In this document: positions 38,469 through 51,271 of the stretch, one piece after another
Numbering within the stretch: the first letter of the stretch is position 1
Layout of the letters: every line of letters begins with the position of its first letter
Assembly: GCA_964016885.1 (NCBI GenBank)
Contig: OZ024745.1
Coordinates: 104,532,001 to 104,596,000, forward strand
Direction of reading: 5' to 3'
Origin: Eledone cirrhosa
Lineage: Eukaryota
DNA length: 64,000 bases
Translations under genes and position numbers: made by a program
Notes under the pieces: model-generated
The model's input: only the letters and a program-made list of their open reading frames with translations
Told to the model about the DNA's origin: nothing
Databases searched by the model: none

Positions 38469-38987
38469 TTAAATGAACTAAACAGTATATGATGCTAATT
38501 TATCTGGCAACCAGAACTCAGATAGAAACCAGATAGTGAAGGAGATAGTGGCCTGACAATGTTCCTCTTAGTTCCAGTATTATGGGTTGGTTTTAAATCT
38601 AATTTTATTACATTATTGTCTTTCTTTGCAGTGTTATAATTTAGAGTAAAATTATTTCTTGGTTATGAATTTCAGGTTTTTATTGATAAGATATGAAGTA
38701 TTTCATGGATGAATTTGTTTGTAATGGATGTTCTATTGTGTTAAACATAATGTTTTTTGTAGCTGAGAAATTGTATTTTGAATGGTATGTCTTGGTTAGT
38801 TTAAGTTTGGTGTATTCATTTACATTTATTTTGTTGTAGGGTGGGGGTTATGAAAGATAAAATTGTATGTATGTATATATGCCAAAAGTCAACAAGAAAA
38901 AAACAACACAGGAGAACAATAGAGTTCAATGATGAATATTAATTTAATGCTTGATGTAGTAGGGATATAGTAGGATAAGGGAGTCTT

Positions 38988-39018
<31 letters not shown>

Positions 39019-39020
<2 letters not shown>

Positions 39021-39206
39021 GGAAAATGTTTGACCCCGACGGCAGAGCTCAAGCCGTTTCGACAGCTATTTCTGGACTAAATTAGCTAATTTAGTCCAGA
39101 AATAACCGTCGGGGTCAAACATTTTCCTATTACCCACTCTACTACCCTAAGTATTGAGTACTCTGGTGCGTTATGGTCCATCTGGTTCATTGCCACACCG
39201 CCTTTG

Positions 39207-39210
<4 letters not shown>
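39019..39210. mobile_element. Short PLE-like fold-back element, family C
   Basis: Palindrome centred on ATTAGCTAAT (~39085), homologous to 7108 and 27282, within (TA)n. Confidence 0.7.
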
Positions 39211-39276
<66 letters not shown>

Positions 39277-39518
39277 GGTTACTGCCCTTTTAATCACAGC
39301 TAATCCATGATAAAATGTAACTATCAGCTGATGTGACTAAAAACAAGGTTTATCTAAGCTTAGTACATTTGTACTTTGGGGGGTAATTATTGACTGATTG
39401 ATTGATTATATAAATTATATATAAATATATTCTAAATAAGCCTTACAGATTTAATTCTTTTTTGGATATAAATGCAGGAAGGTACAGAAAGCTGGATACA
39501 AGTATTGAGATACAAGTA

Positions 39519-39736
39519 TTTAGCATTTAAACCGGCTGTATCTGGCCAGAACTCTCTCATCTCTTTCTGTTCAAACCAGCTGTCACTGGTCGCTCATACC
39601 TACATTGAGGTATTGTTCTCAAAATAAATAACATCAAAATCTCGTAGATTTGATATTATGTGAGATAATTATGTAAGATAAAGTCTTTACTGTGAATATA
39701 CAGTAGTAAATATAGAATAATGCAAATGCTAAAGGG
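39519..39736. mobile_element. piggyBac-type MITE, left terminus clipped
   Basis: Homologous to 38247-38468. Confidence 0.8.
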
Positions 39737-42700
39737 TTAAATTGCTGAAAGTAAACACACACTATGTCCTTGCTACTTATATATATTTTCTCTCCCTAAA
39801 CCCCCAAAACAAGCAATACATATATTGCTTCAATTTTAGCATCATTAGTTTCTCTGTGCAGTAATATATTCCTTTAGATTAGATAAAAAGACCCTATATT
39901 TTGAATATTGTTTTCTCTTCCTTTCTCATATAAACATGCATACACACAGAGATATAGTAAGGATGTCATAGCAGTCAAAGATATATAGTAAGGATGCAAC
40001 ATGATGTGTTAGTGATTGTAACATATTAGTGTGATAGTTAGATAATAAATTAGATATCCTTTTTATGTGCGTAGTAGCAAAACTGTCCCACATATGTGAG
40101 ACGTATCTAATGAGGGATGCAATTCAGTCTAAGAGCTGAATTGCATCCCTCTGTCGAGAACTTCAGTATTTTCTAGTCCTGAAGAGAAAATGTGACATCT
40201 GAAAAGTAGTGTTGGCTGTATTATAGATCCTTACATGGTTGTTCAACCATCAAGAAATGACAGTTAAATCTCCTTTAAACTTTATTTCACCATCATGGGA
40301 AAGGACACATTGGATGATGCAAGTCTTGTATTCTCTGCACACAAGGAAAAGAAGTAGTGGTCAAAAGCTGGAATACATTTGATCATAGGTCTGCTCAATC
40401 AGGGCTGACATGGGACTAAATAACAATTACATTAACTATTGTGAAAATCTAGTATTTAAAAAGAATTTATCCTTAAATAACGTGTAGTGTTGTAGATGTG
40501 TTTTGTTGATGTGTGCAGTGGTTATATTCTGGGTGTTGAATTAGTCTAACTTGTTTCAATCTAATTGCATAGACATTATGCACTCCTAATCCAATAAAAT
40601 ATATTTTCTAACATTACAAACTTACACTTCATTTTTCAGTTAGAATTCAAAATGTCTACAGCAAAGTTTAACAACATAAAAATGCAAGAATTACTTGTTA
40701 TAAATATCCCCACAATTGTATCAAACCCATGTAAAATATATACAATCAGATGTTAAAAATGCTAAAGGATTGAGAATAATGATGATGACGATAATTTTGC
40801 AAATAAAAAATATTTTTACTATCACAAAACTTCAGATATTTGAGTTGATTGCTTTCATCTCAAATAAATATTTGCTTGAATAAAAGAACAGCTGCCATAC
40901 TATATTAGTTTTAATTTCAACACTGCTGCCACTACCACAAAACTTTTTTCTTTAAATAATCATTACCATAAGCATCAGTCTCATCATAATCATAATTGTC
41001 TAGCTGCAATAAAGTTGAATAATGAGATTGTTGAAGAAATGGAGCATTACAATATCTTCAAGAGGAGCAAGACAAAATCCCAGCCCAACATTATCATTGA
41101 TTCACTCATTCATGTCCTTAATTTATATAGTAACAACTGTTCATGAATCCACTCCCAAAACCTTCCCAACTTATTGCTCCCAGCTGGCAATTAGGTCAAC
41201 TGAATCCTTTGGTGGTGTCTAGAGAGTTTCTGCTGACTGTAGGTGTTTTAGCTATGTGTATATGCATATAATTAGAAATATATATATGATATAGTCTTGT
41301 GGTTTGGGGTTAAATCTCACAGTACAGAACGTTGCACAGGTGTTTTCAACTATGGCTTCAGGTTGAATTAAAATTGGAAGCAGAATTGATTGAGTGACAA
41401 ACACAAATATACTTGTTGACTTCAAAGTAACTATTTTCACTCTCCACTCAACGAAAGTCAGTATCAGTCAATTTCCCCTTACATTACATCTTTATAAAGT
41501 TAATTAGAGTAAGTAAATGTAGAAAATTTGAAATCAGATTGTTGCATTATAAATCCCTGCCCCCATTAGATGCATAAGAAAATAATTGTTGAATGTTGAA
41601 CTGAAATTGATATAAATGGGAACAATGAATTTTTTAAAATAAGGTATGAGGTAGATAATATAAAGAGAACAATTGATTGAATTAACTTCAATATATTACT
41701 GGTACAATTTCAGATAAAAATAAGTTAAAGACAGTACTAACATCATTTAAATTTGGGATACTTAAATAGCATACCAGATACTCTCGAAAAAACAAAAAAG
41801 CTCATCTAACTCTTCACTATCCTATCAGCCTTCTTGTGATGATGCTGATGACAAAGATGCCAGTGATAGTAGCTTGTTAAGATAGCCTGACAAGCAATGG
41901 GTTTTTTCATAATGTTGGAATCAATTGCAGCTTAACTCTGCCAATCAATCTAGAATCCCTTCATGAAAGTAAAAGAACTATTAAAACAATTCATTCAGAA
42001 CATGAGTCTATTTTACAACAGCTTTCATCAAGAGGACCTAGACAAAAGAAGCTTATTATTGAATAAACTATACAATGAGAAAAGCATTGTACACACAAAT
42101 TCTCTATTTCCCTTCTCTGCTTCCAATCAGAGTTGGGTCACATTGTTCCTTTGTTTTTCTACATAATTTGCACATATTTCCTTTTTTTTTTTAAGTTTAA
42201 CAAGTTATTTTCCGACCATCTCTCTTTCCCTCCCTGCCAGACAAACACACCCACATCTCTCTCCACCACTTCCAGCATTTTAAACAGCTACTTTATTCAT
42301 ATATGCCCATAACTTATTTTTTCATTAACTCCTTCCATTAAAAAATAATAAATAAAATAAAACCTAATGCTTTCTCTGCATCTTTCACCCCAATCAGTAT
42401 CTTTGAATAACCCAGCAGCTGTATCTGTTGTCATCCAGAAGAAATATTTCAGTAGGGAAAATGACAAGAAGTAATGTTTTGAATATTATTTCATATTTAA
42501 TTCTGAATTCTTTCATTAAAAGTTTTTTGTTAAAAAAATAAAAAATAAAAACAATACTCAGAAGAAAGATAGTATTGAATTGAGTTAAAGGCCTCATTCT
42601 ATCAATGCAATATAGCCCTAGACCTATTTTTAACAAATAATTGGAGGTATGAAAATATTACACTGAGGGGTGACTGATTGAGGAGAACACTTAGGAAGAG

Positions 42701-42809
42701 AGGGTTTACCTAAAAAAAGACTCCACCTCCCAGCAAAAGAAAACAAAAAAACAAAAAAAACAAAAAAAAGAAGACCAGCTATTAGAGTTGACAGCTATCT
42801 GGTCTAAAG

Positions 42810-43420
42810 CATGATTATTAAAATAAAGGCTGGGAAAGCAGCCAGATAATCAAGGATAGTCACTGAGATGCTCAAAATATTTGACAAAGTAGGGTAAATA
42901 CTTGTCACATAGTTAAGTAGAACAGTAAGGTGTCATATACAAAGACTGGTGTAGCAACATCATCATCAACTGCTCTAAGAGCAAATGAGATATTACATTG
43001 ATGGACCAAGCTATAAAAGTAACTTAAAGAGTCATAGCACAACTAATTAGAAAAAAATAATTGTTTCTACTTTTGGCACAAGACCAGCAATTAGAAAAAA
43101 TAATAAGCTTAAATGAGATATAGTTCAGGTTTGTGCCAGGCAAGGATGCCATCAATACTTGATTCCCAACAAGTAAACAACAGGTTTTTAGGTAAGAATA
43201 ATTAACTAACCTAAGACTCTTTGATCAGAAGGACTTTAACAAAGTACAGTACTCTGTAATCTGGTGGTCACTAAGAAAACTAAGTGCAAATGATTGACTT
43301 GCAAGCCACATACAGAGATACATCAGCAAGTTGAAAGCAACGAGTTCCTTGATGAATTTAACATGCAAGTAGGTGTCTGTCAGAGCCCAGTTCTCACCCT
43401 CATTGATTTATCACAGTTCT
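42810..43420 (+). mobile_element. Degenerate RTE RT fragment containing a short SINE tail (43057-43092)
   Basis: IKAGKAA, EMLK, KDWCSNIIINC and WWSLRKL remnants. The SINE 3' end is flanked by an AATTAGAAAAAA(A)TAAT duplication. Confidence 0.65.
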
Positions 43421-45733
43421 GCAGGTCTTAACAGGTATTTAATGCCTTTATGTCTTGAACTGTTTCTTTTTTTTTTTTTTTTTAAATCAGTTGTCTACAA
43501 AGCTGTAACCCAGGCATAGGCATCTTTTGAGCAGTGGGCTGCATGCGATATGTCTCATCATATTCAAGGTAATTTTTCACTGAAGGCACCTCAGCCATTT
43601 TCACTACAGCCATACATGTAAGCATCTGCCATAGAAATGGCAAAAAGTTGATTTTGTTTATTTTTTGTGGGGTGGGAGGTGGATAAAAGAGTTTTCTATA
43701 ATTATAAAATTGAATTCTTGGTATATCACTGGTATCAGTGTGATTAATACATGTTGCTGCCATGTCATAATATGGAATAATTATCAGAAGAAAAAAATGA
43801 ATGTTTGAAAATTCATAGTGAGAGAGTGTGAGAGTGAGTGAATGAACAAGTGAAAACTAAATTTTAATAAACATTATTTTCTCATGAAATTAAGCATGTC
43901 ATTCAGAATTAATCATTTGTTTATTGAGCATTCTTGAAGACCCCTGCCTTGCAATGCATTTCTTGGTGTATTTTGAAAGATGGTAAGCCCCATCCTACCT
44001 ATGATAGCGTAGAAGAAGGATGAGTGTAAAAACCAAAAAATGGTAATGATAACACAACACTCATAGACACATTAAGTTCAATGACTGAAACCAGTAAAAG
44101 AATATATCACAAGATGTGTATAAATGAAGGATCACGAGCAGTATGAGGGATTAGTGGTGAGAAGAATCTTATTTGCCAGGAATCATAGGGAAAATAACAA
44201 AATGGCTAAGTTAATGAGGTGTTATCGTTCGGTCTGAAATTGTGTGGATTTGTTTTCAGTTACTAGTGCTATGGTATTGAGTGCATAGAGTAAGGCACCA
44301 GACACCCCCATCTATTCCACTTACCAGGCAGTAAACAGAGTAAATGGAAGGATTTCTACGTGGTACTTGATCTGCTAGAAATAGCCAAATCTCTATCAAA
44401 TCCCATTCTACTATCTTCAAAAAAGAAAAAGAAAAAAAAAAAGAAATGAGATGGACATACTGGATAATGTAAACTGAGATTGCATGATCATGGCAGGAAT
44501 GCCTCTAATCATAGATTTCACAATCAGAGCTGACCTGGTGCTGAATAACAATGAAGCAGTAAAGACAGTAAGTAATGAGAGCATGAATCAATGACAGAAT
44601 GTTATTGCTTCCAAATGTTTTCCTTTATCTTTTTTTCAAGCTTATTTTGCTTCCAGTTGGCCTTCCTTTATTTAAATTTTTTATTTTATTTTATTATTCA
44701 CTTATCTCTGAATAACTTGTTTGCTGTTTTTTTGTTTTGTTTCTCAACTGTAAGAAGTACTAGATACTGCCCCATGTCTGTCATGGCTTACTAGCTCTAT
44801 ACGGACATTTAAAGTGATTAAATAAATAAATAAATAAAATAACTGGAAATAGAAAAATGGTTTGGTTACTGCCAGAGTCGACCTATCTTAAACTGACAGA
44901 AATCAATACTAATACAGTTGCAGGTTTGACTAAATTTAAGGAGCATTCTAGGAAACAAAGAATTTGGAAAGCATACTGTACAACCCTAGGTCGACCTTAA
45001 TTAAGTAAATCAAAGGTGCTCTAACCATGATCACCCTGTCTGTATATTTCAGGCACAATGTATACAGAGCTAAGTTACACAATATATTTCCATTTTGTTC
45101 TTGTTGTCATTTAACCCCAGGTTAGTTCTTATCAAGCAAACCTATGATCAAAAGCATATTATTTGTGGTAAATACTGTATTCTTTTTGTTTTTTTTAGCT
45201 TTTTAAAAAAAATGATTGGGTAAGATATGAAGAAGATTTGGCTGCTACTTCTAGAAGATTGTGTGACGGTATAGAGGTTTCCAATTTTTTAAATTTAAAA
45301 TGATAAGGTAAAATTTGAGGTAAATTTAGTTGTTAGTAACAGTTGGAATAACTGTGTAGATGCCCCCCTTGTGGGTCATATAAATATGTTCTTTGAAAAT
45401 TTGAAGATGTGGTTCATGCATTAAATGAAATGGCATTTCCAGTAAGACAATAAATGTTTTTGACATTTCTATTCTCTCTTAGAAATCATTCAGAAAATAC
45501 TGATGTCCTGATTGCAGGTTTAGCATACAGTAACTTAAATTCATACACACAATATATATATATATTGGCATTTTACATCCATTTTCTGATTTTCCATGTT
45601 TGAGACTAGGCAGGTTGGGGGTACATGCCTTGCTTATATGTTCCATCTTTGGCATGGATTCTACAACTGGATGCCTTGCCTAATGTCAACCACTTTACAG
45701 AGTATACTGGCTGCATTTTATTATGGCACCAAC

Positions 45734-45766
<33 letters not shown>

Positions 45767-45769
45767 CAC

Positions 45770-46072
45770 ATTGTAAAGTGGTAATGTAGGAGTTACGACA
45801 AAAAGCACCCAGCCCACACTTGTAAAGTGGTCGTGTAAGTGTCATGACAAAAAGCACCCAGCCCACACTGTAAAGTGGTTGTGTAGGTGACACGACAAAA
45901 AGCACCCAGCCCACACTGTAAATGTGGTTGGCATTAGGAAGGGCATCCAGCCATACAAACCTAGCCAGAAACAGTTCTATATGAACAAGACATGGTCATC
46001 TGATCTGACTTGCTGCCAATGGGACAATCCGTCTAACCCATGCTAGCATGGAAAATGAACATTAAATGATGC
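45770..46072 (+). mobile_element. Non-autonomous RTE-tailed short element with 48-bp tandem units
   Basis: Three AAAAAGCACCCAGCCCACACT units, GGTTGGCATTAGGAAGGGCATCCAGCC and AACCCATGCTAGCATGG. Confidence 0.8.
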
Positions 46073-46883
46073 ACTCATATATACATAGTATAGTAATTAG
46101 TAAAATTCCAATGAAATGCCAACTGAGTTTCAGCTGGCCTTCAAGCTAATGGGCTTTGAAGTGTTTATTCCAAAACAACATACAGAACAAGGCCAACTTT
46201 GTCAGCGGAGAAAATTGATTCAATAATAACTTCAGGATGAGGTAGTCCTTTGTTATTTAGGGTGTATGACTGCTATGGTTACAGGGAATTCCTGATTTGT
46301 TGGCTTGAGACAATGAATTCCTCTATTTACACTCCTATTTCAGTTTCATCTAAACTAATCAAGTACTGAAATGGAAATCTATTTTTGGATCTTCTACTCG
46401 TGGAATCTTGTACATTTGCCAGTAATTTACAACTAAGGAACCATGAGACAACAGTCATGGATATTTGTTTGTAGTGGAAACAGCAACCATAGCAGTTCTG
46501 CAAATTCATTACAATTCCTATTAGATAATACTCCTTGATGAAGTCTGTCCCAATTGCATATACTCCTACTGTGAAGGAGCACATTCTACTTTAGCCAGAA
46601 AAAACTGGTCTTGTCCCAGTAAATGATCTTTCCCAGAGTTTTTATTGTTGCTCTGTCAGATTTCATCTCGTTATATACGACTCATTTACAAAACTCTTTC
46701 AAAATCGAATTTACTGTTACCACTCTTCCATACGAATCACATATCCACACCAACCCAGTCTTCTCTCTTGCACATTACATCCAATACTTCTTATGCAGTC
46801 TTTCTCTCATTTCACTTATGCTATGACATTCCTGCGCACTAACATTACAGATCCATCAGTGTGTACTCATTTCATTTCTGTTC

Positions 46884-46944
<61 letters not shown>

Positions 46945-48704
46945 AGTATATATATATATATGTATATATATATATGTGTGAGTATATATATGTGTGTATG
47001 TGTGTGTGTGTGTGTATGAGAAAAATCAACAAAGAAAAGCAACACAGGATAACAATAAAAAAACAATGATGATAGATGATATATATTAGTTTTAGTTTAA
47101 CACTTCATATAGTAGGCAAAGAATGAGAGAGGAATGAAACAAAGACAAACAAGAATAAGAAAAAAAAAATCCCCCCCACCCCCGGAGGAAAACTAGTGTG
47201 TAGTTAGTCCATGTATGTGTGTGTATATATAAATATACACACAGAAAGGGAGACAGGAAGAGAGTTAATATAGGAACATCACCAATAAAATATTCTATAA
47301 AGCAAACACTTCCAAGTCCCTGGTAGAACAGAAATTGCTCAAAGAAAATCTTTAACCATTAATGAGTCTGAGGTGAGAAAGAAAAAAAAGTGAATTAATG
47401 GCAACACTTGTTCTCTTGTCTAATTAAACACTTAAGTGAAAATATGATGTCTGCATATTCACAGGAGAAATATCTTATTGACCAATAAGTCTTAAATCAG
47501 TATAGAATTATTTTCTTGAAAAAACTTCTACAATCATATGTTGGTTGTTATTTATATAAAAAGCTAAAGTGTGTATAGATTTTTTTTTAATAGATTAAAA
47601 TAGAATGTAAAGTCTCCTAAGTGGTTTTAGTTTTCTGAATATTGTACACAGAGTTTTGGAAAATGTATTAAAAATGAAAAGAAAAGGAAAAAGTAGAGGA
47701 AACAGGGGAACGAATTAAAAAACAAACAACAAAAAACATCTGATATAACAATAAATTTAATTTTATGATACTATCAAAACAAAGTTATAAAAGAACAACT
47801 TGCTTTAGAATCTTTAAAGAATAAACATGCAATAAATTTATCTTTGAAAGATGGAAAGTAACTTTAAGAAGAAGAAAAAAATAAATAACAAAAATACAAA
47901 CAAAAAGAATAATCATAAATAGAATCCATGATCAATTGATTTGGTGATCAATAACTATTATCAAGTGTTACAAATTACTGCCTATAAATGTAGTTTATTC
48001 AGCATGATACAGAAGAACAGAAATTGATCTCAACACATCATTAGATTTTTATCTGTCATTTACTGAAAAGTTAAGAAATAATAAACTTGTTAAAAAAGTA
48101 TAAATAATTTCTGCTTTCTATTCCCACCCCAGCCTTTATGAATACATTATACAATGAAATATATTCCTATAATTTCTCTTTTAAAAGTCTTACACAGAAC
48201 AAGATAGAGAAGGATGATCTAACATAAAGGTTCTCAACGGGAGGCATATGCACCCCCGGGGGGGGGGGGCGTTTGGGAGCAAGGGGGATTTAGGGGGGCG
48301 TTTGGAGCTTGGAGAGGCGCTAGGGGGCGCTGGAAGGCTCTTTACTTTGGTAAGTTTTATAAGCCATATTGTATGTCTTTGAGACAGCCAGTGTGAATGC
48401 ATTTGAGACGAGCATGCAGATAGCATAACTATGGTCTGACCGCAGCTGTGAGCAGGTGTGCAGGCGTGTCTAGACATTAACCGGCAATTGAGATCCTAAA
48501 AATGGAAAAACCCACAGTCAACTGGGTCAAGGACACTTTGAGTGCAGCCAATTAGAATCTTGTCTTTCCTTCACCGATAACAATGTATTTCACGTCTGAA
48601 GTTATTGACTCAACCGTAATGAGTTAACACTATGTAGATCTATTTTATTCCCTATTGTATAAATAATATTACAAATAAAAAAAGAAAAGAAAAAAACACA
48701 GAAG

Positions 48705-49076
48705 CGGGTAGCACACACATCTAGGACCACATACAACACATAATCAGATAATACACACATCTAGGACCACATACAACACATAAGCAGGTAATACACACAT
48801 CTAGGACCATATACAACACATAAGCAGATAATACACAAATAGGACCACATGCAACACATAAGGAGGTAGCACATACAGGCAGGTAATACATACATCTAGG
48901 ACCACATACAACACATAAGCAGGTAATACAAACATCTAGGCCCACATACAACACAAAATCAGGTAATACATACATCTAGGACCACATGCAATACATAAGC
49001 AGGTAATACATACATCTAGGACTACATACAACACACAGGTAGGTAATACATACATCTAAGACCACATACAACATAC
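48705..49076. repeat. ~40-bp minisatellite (about 9 units) inside the hAT element
   Basis: GCAGGTAATACACACATCTAGGACCACATACAACACATAA units. Confidence 0.92.
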
Positions 49077-49077
49077 A

Positions 49078-50143
49078 TTGAATCATGTGCTATGGATGAC
49101 GCAAGAGCAATGGGTTGGCCAACATAAGAGTTTCGTCACTCTTCTGAAGAGAGAAAATCTATCTGTATTTGCTGTTCATTGTGTCATTCATCGACAACAC
49201 TTGGCTGCGAAGAAACTCAGCGAGCCACTGAGCAAGTCCTTGCAGGTGACCGTTGATGTCATCAATTTTATCAAACGGCATTCCCTCAATGAACAAATTT
49301 TCCGGCAACTGTGCCAAGATAATGACAAAGAATTCGTCAAGTTGCTCTTTCATAATGAAGTGAGGTGGCTTTCAAAGGGCAAGTGCCTTACTCACTTCTT
49401 TGAACTCTTCGATTCTATCATTGAGTTTCTGCGAAGACGCAACACAGAACTGTACAAGAAAACATTCGATGTGAGGCAAGACTGTGCCTACCTCACCGAC
49501 ATCTTTGACAAATGCAATAGCGTCATTTTGGCTTTGCAGGGGAAGAAGATCACCTTGCTTAAAGCAAGGAATGCTGTGAAAACATTCCTAGCCAAATTGA
49601 ATGTCATCGAAAAGAATCTTTGTTGATGGGAATTCTATAATTTTCCTAGTGTTGCCAATGTTCAAAACATTGTAAGCAATGACCAACTCCAAATTTATAC
49701 CACTCACCTCCGTGCGCGACAAGACAACATGAGAGAACGGTTTGTCGACCTTTTGCCGATGGTCATCCCAATGTGGATAGCAGATCCCTTCATAGCTACC
49801 GTCGATGATTTGGACGTTAAATTTCAGGAAGAATTCATTGAACTTCAAGCAGATGACATGATCAAAATTAGATTTCCCCAAATAGGTGAACCCCTTTTGG
49901 GGATGCAAGAGGAAATTCAGCGTCGATTTCCACACCTACATGCAGAGGCTAAGAGATTTTTCTCTGCCTTTTCCAAGCTCATACTTAGTCGAGATGGGGT
50001 TTGGCGCTGTTTCCAGACTGTACAGTAAGGCTCGCAACCGCTACAATGTAATTACACGTGGAGATCTCCGGCTGCATCTTACGAAAATCCAGCCTGGCAT
50101 CAAAGAGTTAGCTAGACTCCATGAAGCTCAAGGGTCCCATTGA
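49078..50143 (+). pseudogene. hAT transposase C-terminal half (ZBED5/SCAND3/Buster-like), frameshifted
   Basis: VHCVIHRQHL, HNEVRWLSKG, AYLTDIF, FPSSYLVEMGF, RGDLRLHLT. Confidence 0.9.
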
Positions 50144-51063
50144 AATAAGGTCAAAGTTAAAGTAAGTTGATTTATCCGAAAACTTGGATATGCTATTGTT
50201 ACAAAGCAAACTAACAATTTTTTTATTTGTACTTGCAGTCTGACTGAACTGGAAACCATTTACTTCAATTCACTTACTCATTTGTTGTATATATTTTACC
50301 AATAAATATACCCTCCAGCGTGATCATGAAAACCCTCTTCCGTTGTCTCTAAGCTCACAAAGCGGAGGGGACATCAAGTTAGATATCAACATTTATCCTG
50401 TCCGTTTCATTAAAGGGAACATTGGAAAGCTTTGAAATGATATAATTGCCACTTTCTTCCAGATAAGAGCACTCTTGGGATAGACAGAGTTGTTCTTGTA
50501 TAAATGTTCAAAATAGCTGGTATCGCCTGGTGGGAATATAACAAATTCAACTGGTCCTTATTCATAAAAAAGAACATTTATGTTCCTTTTTTTGAAATTT
50601 ATATATTTCCTTTCAAGGAATGTATTTATACTCTCAGCTGCCTGCAATGGTATCTTTGGAATATTGTTAATCAATTTTTTAGTAATCTACTGATATCAAA
50701 ATCAATAGTATATTGAAAAATGGAAAAATAGGGTAGGGGAGCGTTTCGTGATTTCGAGAGACAAAAGGGGGTGTTTGGCCTAAATGGGTTGAGAACCTGT
50801 GATCTAACACATTGTTTGGTTCAATACAACCACTGGTTCTTTGGATGCCTTTAACAGAGTTTACTTTGTTGCAAGCAATTAAACCCACCCACGTTTTTCC
50901 TGAAGTGACTGACCTATAAAAGTTCAGGTAACACCATCGACCACATCAATTTGAGAGAGCTTTTAAATGTCCCACCTGAAGAATAAATCAATGATAATCA
51001 TGATTATGGTGGTGATGATGTAAGAATGTATATCAGTTCTTGATTTCAGAGAATATTGTTTAA

Positions 51064-51271
51064 CCCTTTAGCATTTACAATACTTTATATATACTATTGT
51101 ATTATCATGGTAAAGACTTTATTTATCTCACATAATATCGAATCTATGAGATTTTGATGTTATTTTAAGAACAATACCTTAATATCAGTATGAGTGGCCA
51201 GTTATTGCTGGTTTAAATAGAAAGAGGTGAGAGAATTCTAGCCAGATATAGCTGGTTTAAATGCTAAAGGG
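51064..51271. mobile_element. piggyBac-type MITE
   Basis: TTAA|CCCTTTAGCATTTA...TAAATGCTAAAGGG|TTAA. Confidence 0.87.

Larger units (their letters stand above)
48225..50801 (+). mobile_element. hAT (Charlie/Buster-type) transposon, defective
   Basis: TIRs TAAAGGTTCTCAAC / GTTGAGAACCTGTG with 8-bp TSD ATCTAACA (48217-48224, 50802-50809). Confidence 0.9.

Noticed and set aside
46110-46850. Possible host exon in higher-complexity sequence
   Set aside because: No sustained ORF. Faint minus-strand remnants (SWFLS, SGIP, FSADK) suggest a very old LINE RT, too weak to call.
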